DNA from: Planctomycetota bacterium
GTDB taxonomy: Bacteria; Planctomycetota; UBA8108; SXIK01
Length of the DNA stretch: 64,000 nucleotides
Reading direction: 5' to 3'
NCBI GenBank assembly: GCA_965223845.1
Contig: CBDCXR010000004.1
Location: forward strand, 1,856,001 to 1,920,000
The notes below the pieces were generated by a model. That model worked only from the letters and a program-made list of their open reading frames with translations, did no database searches and was not told the DNA's origin. This document shows positions 1 to 8,096 of the stretch, piece by piece; the stretch's first letter is position 1, and each line of letters begins with the position of its first letter. Position numbers and translations under genes: made by a program.

Positions 1-1
1 C

Positions 2-3000
2 GGGCCCACACGGCTGCACAGCGGGCGCGACAACTACGGTTCTGCCTGTCTCTACGATGTCGGGAAGGTGCTCTTTGCCGGCGGGGCCGACGCGCCGACC
101 GCGACGTGCGAGGTGATCGACCTCAACGCCCCGACGCCGACGTGGACCGCCGTCGCGTCGATGCCGCAAGTTCGCCGCCAACACGACGTCACGATTCTCC
201 CGGACGGACGAGTCCTCGTCATCGGCGGGAGCAGCGCATCCGGATTCAATACGGAGGACGGTCCGAAACCGGCGATCGTTTGGGATCCCGCGAGCGATGC
301 GTGGACCACGTGGGCGATGGAAGCCGAGTACCGCGGATACCACTCCGAAGTCGTTCTTCTTCCGGACGCTCGCGTGGCGAGCATCGGAGGCGACGGCCAC
401 CCGTCGCTTCAGGTGTTCTCTCCGCCGTATCTCTTTCAAGGGCCGCGCCCGACGATCAGTTCGGCGCCCGTGAGTGTTGCGCTCGGAGGCACGTTCTTCG
501 TCGAGACGCCCGACGCGGCGGCGATCGGAGCGGTGAACTGGCTCCGTCCCACCGCGGCGACGCACACGCAGAACATGAATCAGCGAATCAATAAGCTCGT
601 GTTTCAGCCCGCGCCCGGCGGTCTCAACGTCACCGTCCCCGCGAGCGCGAATGAGTGTCCTCCCGGCGACTACATGCTCTTTCTCATCGACACCAACGGC
701 GTTCCGTCCGTCGCCGCCTGGATCGTCGCGACCGAAGCGACGGCACAACAACCCCCGCCAACCCCGACCGGGCTCGCGGCCACCGCCGGTGACGCTCAGG
801 CGATCCTCAGCTGGAACGCCGCAACCGACGCGACGGGGTACAACGTCAAGCGATCGACGACGAGCGGCGGGCCGTACACGATCGTCGCCGCCGGGATCCC
901 GAGCACGACCTACACCGACACGAATCTCACGAACGGAGTGACGTATTTCTACGTCGTCTCGGCAGTCAACGCCGCCGGCGAGAGCGGTGACTCGAGTGAA
1001 GTGGGTGCGACGCCGAGCTTGCAGCCGCCGGGCGCTCCGACCGATCTCGAAGCGATCGGAAACAACGGCCAGGTCGATCTCGTTTGGAGCGCTCCCACGG
1101 GAACCGTCGATTCCTACAACGTCAAACGAGCGACGACAAGCGGGGGGCCGTACGGAGCGATCGCGTCAGGGGTGGGCACGACTTCGTACGCGGACACCAC
1201 GGTGTCGAACGGCGTGACGTATTTTTACGTCGTCTCGGCGGAGAACACGGCGGGAGAGAGTCCAGACTCGACGGAGGACGACGCCACGCCGAATGCGCCG
1301 CCCACGCCGCCCGCGAATCTCTCGGCCTCACCCGGGAGCACGCAGGTTTTGCTCACCTGGAACGTCTCGCCGCTCGCCGACAGCTACAACGTCTACCGCG
1401 CGACAACTCCTGGAGGGCCTTATTCCGGCATCGCGTTCACGTGGCCGGACACGACGTTTCTCGACACTGGTCTCAGCGATGGGACGCCTTATTTCTACGT
1501 CGTCACCGGTGTCAACGACGCGGGAGAGAGCGAGTTTTCGACCGAAGCTGCCGCCACCCCGTCGGGCGCGACCGCGAAGCTTGCCTCCGGCGTCGTGAGC
1601 GGCGTCGGAAGTGACTGGCAGACCGTCACGCTCGCTCGTTCGTATGATTCGATGGTCGTCGTCGCATCGCCGAACTACGGAGCGGGAGATCTACCGGCCG
1701 TCGCGAGAGTACGCAACGCAGCGGGGAGTCAGTTCGACGTAAAGGTGCAAAATCCTTCCGGCGCCGCACTCTCGGGCTACACCGTTCATTACGTTGCGAT
1801 CGAAGAGGGCGTCTATACTGCCGCGGTCGACGGCGTCACGATGGAGGCCGTGAAGCTCACCTCGACGATCACGGACCGAAACGGCTCGTGGGTGGGGGAG
1901 AACGCGGTTTACCAAAACGGTTACCTCAGCCCTGTCGTTCTCGGGCAAGTGATGACCGAGGCCGATGTCGACTGGTCGGTCTTTTGGGCGTCGGACGGAA
2001 ACGCGGGCAATCCGCCGACGGCTGCGAGTTTCCGCGTCGGCAAGCACGTCGGTGAAGACTCGGACACCGACCGCGCAAACGAGACGCTCGGCGTGTTGGT
2101 CCTCGAAGCGGGAAGTGGCGTCGTGGAGGGGATTCCATTCGTCGCCGCCCTCGGTGCGGACAGCATTCTCGGCTACGACGACAGTCCCCCGTACTCTTAC
2201 GCGCACGGCGGACCGAGTGATGCTCGCGCGGCGGTCGTCAGCTCGGCCGGAATGGACGGCTCGAACGGAGGATTTCCGATCCTCTACGGAAGTCCGGCTT
2301 TGACGTCGTCGTCGCTCGATCTCGCGATCGACGAGGATCAGATCCGTGATTCCGAGCGCGTTCACATCTCCGAGCAGGTCGCGTATCTCGTCCTCGGCGA
2401 GCAAACCCTGCCGCCCGGGATCCCGTCGAATCTATCGGCTGTCGGCGGAACGAACCGCATCGACCTGACCTGGAGCAGCGCCGAACGCGCGGACGGCTAC
2501 AACGTCAAGCGGGGAACGACGCCCGGCGGACCGTACACGACGATCGCCTCGGGGATCACCTCGAACTCGTTTGCGGACACGGGACTCGCCGGCGGGGCGA
2601 CGTTCTACTACGTCGTCAGCGCGGTGAACACCGCCGGAGAAAGTGCGGATTCGGGTGAAGCGACTGGGACGACGACGTCGCCGCCGGTCATCCACTCGTT
2701 CGTTGGCACGGCGAATCCGGCACCGGTGTTGAGCGACGTCACGTTCACCCTGTCCGCTTCCGACGCGGATCTCGATCCTCTTCAGTACTCCTTCGATTTC
2801 GGGGACGGTTCTCCGGCGACTGCGTTCTCGCCGTCGACCTCGGCGATGCACAGCTACCCGGCGCCGGGCCGGTACACGGTGACGGGATACGTCACGGATG
2901 CAACGTCGACGGTGTTCACCACCCTCGTACAGGTGATTCATCTGCCGCTACCCGCTGCGCGTCCGACCGTCTCCACGCAGATCCTCTACGACGCAGGCCG

Positions 3001-5908
3001 CGGCAAGATTTGGAATGTCAATCCCGACAGCGACACGGTCACGCGGACCGGAACGTCGAACCTCACCAAGGACTTCGAGGTTTCCGTCGGGGCAGAGCCG
3101 CGGAGCCTCACCCTCCGGCCGGACGGGAGTGAGATCTGGGTAGCATCTGAGGGCGCCGATCAGCTCTGCGTCCTCGATCCGCAGACTGGCGCGGTGCTCG
3201 CCAAGCTGGCGACGCCACGTGGATCGCGCCCGATGAATGTCGTCTTCTCCCCGAATGGGCTCACTGTGTACGTGACCTACATGGCGAGCGGGGAGCTCGC
3301 CCGCTGGGATCCGGCGGCGCGCACCGAAACGGGCCGGGTGAATCTCGGCTCGACTCCCCGCGCGATTGCGATCTCGTCCGATTCTACCCGGATCTTCGTC
3401 GGAAGATTCGTATCGGGCCCTCTCGAGGGGGAAGTGCGGGAAGTCGACGCCGCGTCGCTCACCGTCACTCGCGCGATTTCGCTGGCGCACGATACCACGC
3501 CCGATTCGGAATCCTCCGGACGCGGAACACCCAATTATCTGATCCAGATGGCGATCACGCCGGACGAACAGCGTCTCTGGATTCCGTCGAAGAAGGACAA
3601 CACCGATCGCGGACTCTTCCGTGACGGCCTCGTGCTCACGCACGACAGCACCGTGCGCTCGATCGTCTCGCAGGTCGATCTCGGAGCGAACTCCGAGGAC
3701 CTCGCGGCTCGCATCGATGTCGACGATCACGAGATCCCCTACGGCGTCGACTTCTCCCCGGTGGGAGATCTCGCGTTCGTCGCCTACCAAGGAAACAACT
3801 CGGTGCGGGTGTTCGATCGGTACGAAGGCACCTCGATCGCGGAGATTTCGCTCGGAGCGGAGCTCGCACCGCAGGGACTCGTCGTCACGCCGGACGGGAG
3901 TCGACTCTTCGTGATGAACTTCATGAGCCGAAGTGTCTCCGCGTTCGACATCGCGGGGCTCGTCAACGGAACGAGAACCGACGCGACCGAGCTCGCCGTC
4001 GTCTCCACGGTCGCGACGGAGCTTCTTCCGCCCGACGTCCTCCTCGGGAAGCAAGTCTTCTACAACGCGGCGGATACCCGGATGACGGCGGCTGGCTACA
4101 TCAGCTGCGCGACGTGCCACCTCGACGGCGGGCAGGACGGTCGAGTGTTCGACTTCACCGACCGCGGCGAAGGCCTCCGCAACACGGTCGACCTGCGCGG
4201 ACGCTCGGGGACTGGTCACGGCAACGTTCACTGGACGGCGAACTTCGACGAGATCCAGGATTTCGAGCACGATATCCGCGGCCCGTTCGCCGGCACGGGA
4301 TTCATCAACGGGCCGGTGAACGCGTCCCTCGGAGCGCCGAACGCCGGACGGAGCGTCGAGCTCGACGCGCTCGCGGCCTACGTCGCCTCGCTCGACTCGG
4401 TCGGGCGAAGTCCGTACCGGATGGAGGACGGCTCGCTGAGCGCGGACGGAGTCGCCGGGCGGCTGATCTTTCAAGATCTCGAGTGCGCTGGATGTCACTC
4501 CGGAACGAACTTCTCCGACAGCAACGTCGCGACGAGCGGCCACGTGCTTCACGACGTCGGTACGATCACGGCCGGATCCGGCGAGCGCCTCGGCGGTCCG
4601 CTGACGGGTCTCGACACGCCGACCCTGCGCGGACTCTGGGACGGCGGGCCTTACCTCCACGACGGCTCCGCGCCGACACTCCTCGACGTGCTGACGACCG
4701 CGAATCCGATCGATCAGCACGGCGCGACGAGCGGGCTGAGCGCGGTCGAGCTCGATCAGCTCGTTGCGTATCTTCTTCAAATCGACGACGCATCCGATGC
4801 CGCCGTTCCCGTGCGGCCGACGAATGTGCAGGCGGTCGGTGGAAACGGTGTCGTGCTCCTCGATTGGGACGACGTCCCGGGCGCCGACAGTTACTCCATC
4901 CGATCGTCGACGGTCTCGGGCGGACCCTACGGACTCGTCGCGTCCGGAATCGTAGACAGCTCGTTTGCGGACTCGTCGGTCGTCAACGGCAATACGTACT
5001 ACTACGTGGTCAGTGCCGACAACGCGGGCGGCCAGGGATTCGACTCGGACGAAGTGAACGCGACGCCGGGAGCGATCTTCGCGAAACTCGCTACTGGGGT
5101 GATCCACGACGTCGGCAGCGACTGGGTGATGGTCGATCTCGGACAGTCCTACTCGTCGATGGTGGTCGTGTGCACGGTCGCCGCGACTCCCGGTCAGCTA
5201 CCCGCGGTGCCGCGCGTTCGAAACGCCTCGGGGAGTCAGTTCGAGCTCAAGGTACAGAACCCATCGGGCGCGGTGCTGAGTGGGTACACCGTCCACTCGG
5301 TCGCGGTCGAGGAAGGGACCTACACGACCGCGGCACACGGGTTCACGATGGAAGCGGTGAAACGCGCCAGCACGCGGACGGACAGCTACCAGTCGTGGCT
5401 CCCCCAGCCGTCGAGCTATCTGAACGCCTACGCCAATCCGGTCGTCATCGGTCAAGTGATGACGGAGAACGACGCCGCTTGGTCGGCCTTCTGGGCTAAC
5501 GATGGGTCGAACCGCCGCAATCCACCGACGGGCGGAGGATTTGGCGTGGGACTGCACGTCGGCGAGGATTCGAACGCAGCGCGCGCCAGCGAGACTCTCG
5601 GCTACATCGTCCTCGAAGCCGGCGCGGGATCGATCGACGGCATCTCCTTCGTCGCCCGCCTGGGGAGTGACATCGTGCGGGGCGTCGACAACTCGCCTCC
5701 GTACAGCTACTCCGTCTCCGGTCTCTCGAATCCGAGCGTCGCGATCGTAAGCTCGGCGGCGATGGACGGCGGAAACGGAGGTTGGCCGGCCCTCTACGGA
5801 ACCAACCCGGTCGGATCGACACTCGATCTCGCGATCTACGAAGATCAGATCCGCGACTCGGAACAGCGACACGGAACGGAGCAAGTCGCGTATGTCATCT
5901 TCGAATGA
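2..5908 (+). CDS. Giant multidomain protein, 5'-truncated: galactose-oxidase-type (AA5) copper radical oxidase kelch C-terminus + DUF1929-like Ig domain, 5x FN3, 2x unknown ~275-aa domain, PKD, YVTN beta-propeller, di-heme cytochrome c peroxidase/MauG-like domain
   Basis: Frame is open from position 2 (GPTRLHSGRDNYGSACLYDVGKVLFAGG). RGYHSEVVLLPDARV and ATHTQNMNQR match the galactose oxidase Tyr495/His496 and His581 motifs. FN3 repeats carry YNVKRSTTSGGPY...YYVVSAVN; PKD motif FDFGDG. CATCH at 4106-4120, CAGCH at 4484-4498, then PTLRGLWDGGPYLHDGS. Confidence 0.9.
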   Translation, partial: GPTRLHSGRDNYGSACLYDVGKVLFAGGADAPTATCEVIDLNAPTPTWTAVASMPQVRRQHDVTILPDGRVLVIGGSSASGFNTEDGPKPAIVWDPASDAWTTWAMEAEYRGYHSEVVLLPDARVASIGGDGHPSLQVFSPPYLFQGPRPTISSAPVSVALGGTFFVETPDAAAIGAVNWLRPTAATHTQNMNQRINKLVFQPAPGGLNVTVPASANECPPGDYMLFLIDTNGVPSVAAWIVATEATAQQPPPTPTGLAATAGDAQAILSWNAATDATGYNVKRSTTSGGPYTIVAAGIPSTTYTDTNLTNGVTYFYVVSAVNAAGESGDSSEVGATPSLQPPGAPTDLEAIGNNGQVDLVWSAPTGTVDSYNVKRATTSGGPYGAIASGVGTTSYADTTVSNGVTYFYVVSAENTAGESPDSTEDDATPNAPPTPPANLSASPGSTQVLLTWNVSPLADSYNVYRATTPGGPYSGIAFTWPDTTFLDTGLSDGTPYFYVVTGVNDAGESEFSTEAAATPSGATAKLASGVVSGVGSDWQTVTLARSYDSMVVVASPNYGAGDLPAVARVRNAAGSQFDVKVQNPSGAALSGYTVHYVAIEEGVYTAAVDGVTMEAVKLTSTITDRNGSWVGENAVYQNGYLSPVVLGQVMTEADVDWSVFWASDGNAGNPPTAASFRVGKHVGEDSDTDRANETLGVLVLEAGSGVVEGIPFVAALGADSILGYDDSPPYSYAHGGPSDARAAVVSSAGMDGSNGGFPILYGSPALTSSSLDLAIDEDQIRDSERVHISEQVAYLVLGEQTLPPGIPSNLSAVGGTNRIDLTWSSAERADGYNVKRGTTPGGPYTTIASGITSNSFADTGLAGGATFYYVVSAVNTAGESADSGEATGTTTSPPVIHSFVGTANPAPVLSDVTFTLSASDADLDPLQYSFDFGDGSPATAFSPSTSAMHSYPAPGRYTVTGYVTDATSTVFTTLVQVIHLPLPAARPTVSTQILYDAGRGKIWNVNPDSDTVTRTGTSNLTKDFEVSVGAEPRSLTLRPDGSEIWVASEGADQLCVLDPQTGAVLAKLATPRGSRPMNVVFSPNGLTVYVTYMASGELARWDPAARTETGRVNLGSTPRAIAISSDSTRIFVGRFVSGPLEGEVREVDAASLTVTRAISLAHDTTPDSESSGRGTPNYLIQMAITPDEQRLWIPSKKDNTDRGLFRDGLVLTHDSTVRSIVSQVDLGANSEDLAARIDVDDHEIPYGVDFSPVGDLAFVAYQGNNSVRVFDRYEGTSIAEISLGAELAPQGLVVTPDGSRLFVMNFMSRSVSAFDIAGLVNGTRTDATELAVVSTVATELLPPDVLLGKQVFYNAADTRMTAAGYISCATCHLDGGQDGRVFDFTDRGEGLRNTVDLRGRSGTGHGNVHWTANFDEIQDFEHDIRGPFAGTGFINGPVNASLGAPNAGRSVELDALAAYVASLDSVGRSPYRMEDGSLSADGVAGRLIFQDLECAGCHSGTNFSDSNVATSGHVLHDVGTITAGSGERLGGPLTGLDTPTLRGLWDGGPYLHDGSAPTLLDVLTTANPIDQHGATSGLSAVELDQLVAYLLQIDDASDAAVPVRPTNVQAVGGNGVVLLDWDDVPGADSYSIRSSTVSGGPYGLVASGIVDSSFADSSVVNGNTYYYVVSADNAGGQGFDSDEVNATPGAIFAKLATGVIHDVGSDWVMVDLGQSYSSMVVVCTVAATPGQLPAVPRVRNASGSQFELKVQNPSGAVLSGYTVHSVAVEEGTYTTAAHGFTMEAVKRASTRTDSYQSWLPQPSSYLNAYANPVVIGQVMTENDAAWSAFWANDGSNRRNPPTGGGFGVGLHVGEDSNAARASETLGYIVLEAGAGSIDGISFVARLGSDIVRGVDNSPPYSYSVSGLSNPSVAIVSSAAMDGGNGGWPALYGTNPVGSTLDLAIYEDQIRDSEQRHGTEQVAYVIFE

Positions 5909-5933
5909 GAATCACAGCCGGAGAGGTATTCCG

Positions 5934-7721
5934 ATGACCAGACTCTCGAGCTCCGCTCTCCAGGTCACACTCGCGGCGGTCGTTCTCGCGATGACCGCGC
6001 GTCCACTCGACGCGGAGGTGCGGACGCTGCGATTCGGCATCGGCCTCAACTGCCCGTACGGACTCGGCGAATGTTGGCCCCAGGTCTTCGACGGGTTGCA
6101 GGGGCTTCCCGGCGCCGAGCTGATCGCGGAAGAGGCGAACGACGTCAACGAGACTTGCGTCGTCCGTCCCATTGGAGGGCGGATGCTCGATCCGAAGGCG
6201 ATCGCGGACTACATCGCAAAGATCCGCATCGGCGTGTGGCTTCGCGGAGTCGAGGCCACGGTCGACGGAAGATTGGAGCTGCGCGGCGAAGAGCTGGTCC
6301 TCGTTTCCTCGGAGACGGACATCTTCCGGCTCGCTCCTCTCGACCAGAAGATCGAGTACGACTTCCGCGGCAAGCGTCGCTTCGAGGCGCGCGCGGAGGA
6401 GTTGCTCGCTTTCGCGCGGTTGAGGGCGCAGTGGGACGGACGACCGCGGCGCGTCCGTCTCACCGGACCGGTCGTCAGCGACTCTGCGGGCGCCCCGTCT
6501 GAATCTGAGGGCCGCGAACGCCTCGTGCTCCAAGTCCGCGAGTTCTACTCGTTCGGGAGCGTGCCCCCCAGTGCGAAGGCGCTTCGCCTCGGCGTCCGCG
6601 CCAACAGCCCCTACGGTCTAACGGAAATCTGGGCCACTCTTCGAGCGACCCTCGCCGACTTGCCGGGTGTCGCGTCCGTCGCCTCCGGACCGGACGAAGA
6701 CACGTCGCGAATCGACGTAGAGACTCACGGCGAGCCTCCGAACCTCCGCGTGTGGTCCGAACGGGTGCGGGCCGCCAGAATCGGAGCTCAGCTCGCGGGG
6801 ATCGAACTCGCGCTCGAAGGGCGCATCATCAAGCGCCGAGGTCAGCTCGCTCTCCTTCGTGAGGGCGCTCGCGATCCCGTTTACCTGGCGCCGATTTCGA
6901 AGAACGTAGCGTGGGATTACCGTAAGCGCGCGGAGATTCTCCCGTCGACCGCCGAGGAGAATGCCTACTACGATCTTCTCGCGGCGTGGTCGCCACGCCG
7001 CCGCGAAGCGCGGGTCGCGGGAGTCTTCGTCGGTCGAGATGGCGAGTGGATACTCGAGGTGAAGGACTATCGCTGGACGGGTTTCGAAGGCCGAGCCGCG
7101 AATGCTCGGGACCTGAATCCACCTCGAGCACCGAGAACCGTCCGGGCTCGGGTGCTGAAGGGAAACATCGATCTTCGCTGGGCTCCGAACGTGGAGCGCG
7201 ATCTCGCCGGCTACCGCGTCTATCGCGCCGAAGAGGCGAAGGGGCCGTACGTCTGCATCGTGAAATCGCTCGTTCGGGACGCTCACGTCGCGCTCGACAC
7301 AAACGTAGCGAGTCCGAACGACTGGCTCTTCGTCACTGCGGTCGACCGCACGGGCAACGAGTCCGCCAAGTCGCGGCCGAGCTCAGCGGCACCTCCACAA
7401 GCGCCGGGCGGCCCGACGTTCACACTGCGCGGCACCGACGTCGCTCTCGATTGGAAAGACAACGTCGACCCGGACTTCGATAGCTACAGCATTCACCGCT
7501 CGACATCACCGGGAGGTCCGTACGGTGAGATCGCCTCGGTGATCTACGACAGTACCTACGTAAACGGCGGGCTCCGTCCCGGGAACGTCTACTATTACGT
7601 CGTGACCGCGATGGACAGTTCGTACAATGAGTCCGCGCGATCAACGGAGATCTGCGTGCGCGTGCCGGCGGCGCCGGCAGTCCCCGCGGTCGAGACACCG
7701 ACCTTGTCGACGAGAGAGTGA
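5934..7721 (+). CDS. Secreted protein with two tandem HMA/ferredoxin-like repeats (first has CPYGLGECW) and two C-terminal FN3 domains
   Basis: ATG 5934 follows GGAGAGG and opens a signal-peptide-like N-terminus. Internal duplication: LRFGIGLNCPYGLGECW..LQGLPGA vs LRLGVRANSPYGLTEIW..LADLPGV. FN3 motifs DLAGYRVYR and YYYVVTAMD. Confidence 0.85.
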   Translation: MTRLSSSALQVTLAAVVLAMTARPLDAEVRTLRFGIGLNCPYGLGECWPQVFDGLQGLPGAELIAEEANDVNETCVVRPIGGRMLDPKAIADYIAKIRIGVWLRGVEATVDGRLELRGEELVLVSSETDIFRLAPLDQKIEYDFRGKRRFEARAEELLAFARLRAQWDGRPRRVRLTGPVVSDSAGAPSESEGRERLVLQVREFYSFGSVPPSAKALRLGVRANSPYGLTEIWATLRATLADLPGVASVASGPDEDTSRIDVETHGEPPNLRVWSERVRAARIGAQLAGIELALEGRIIKRRGQLALLREGARDPVYLAPISKNVAWDYRKRAEILPSTAEENAYYDLLAAWSPRRREARVAGVFVGRDGEWILEVKDYRWTGFEGRAANARDLNPPRAPRTVRARVLKGNIDLRWAPNVERDLAGYRVYRAEEAKGPYVCIVKSLVRDAHVALDTNVASPNDWLFVTAVDRTGNESAKSRPSSAAPPQAPGGPTFTLRGTDVALDWKDNVDPDFDSYSIHRSTSPGGPYGEIASVIYDSTYVNGGLRPGNVYYYVVTAMDSSYNESARSTEICVRVPAAPAVPAVETPTLSTRE

Positions 7722-8029
7722 GCTTGGACTGGCAAGACGAGGCGCCCGAAGCCGACCGGAATCCCTACAGCTCACCGGAAACGGACGCGTATGGAGACCC
7801 CCGGGCGAGCCCTCCCATTTTCAAAGCTTGGCTTCTCTTCTTTCTCGCGGCGACCTTCATCGGGTTCGGAGTCGGCCTGGCGGTAGGCGCCGTCGCCGGT
7901 GGGATCATGGGCACGGCGGGCGTCGACGTCCAGACGATCGAGATCGTCGGGCAGCTCGGTGGGTTCTTGCTCAGCATCCCGATTTCGTACCTCTCCTTTC
8001 GCTGGTCGGTCAGGAAGTACCTCCTCTGA
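7718..8029 (+). CDS. Small two-TM membrane protein with N-terminal NPYxSP motif
   Basis: GTGA overlap with the upstream stop; RNPYSSPET motif; two hydrophobic helices. Confidence 0.75.
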   Translation: MSLDWQDEAPEADRNPYSSPETDAYGDPRASPPIFKAWLLFFLAATFIGFGVGLAVGAVAGGIMGTAGVDVQTIEIVGQLGGFLLSIPISYLSFRWSVRKYLL

Positions 8030-8096
8030 TGGAGCGGCTTCGGAAGAGCTCCTCTCACGGCGAGCAGCGCGCGATTTCCGATCGGAGTCGGTCGTG

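Noticed and set aside
2948-5107. 719-aa minus-strand ORF, and similar long antisense ORFs (8055-10742, 16571-19468, 29140-30450, 33209-34744, 48403-49704, 61142-62602)
   Set aside because: They lie opposite well-supported genes, are Arg-rich and motif-free, and are the expected shadows of high-GC codon bias.
7899-8096. N-terminal extension of the PVC heme protein given in the ORF track
   Set aside because: It overlaps the 7718-8029 gene; the signal peptide and SD point to a start at 8094/8097.
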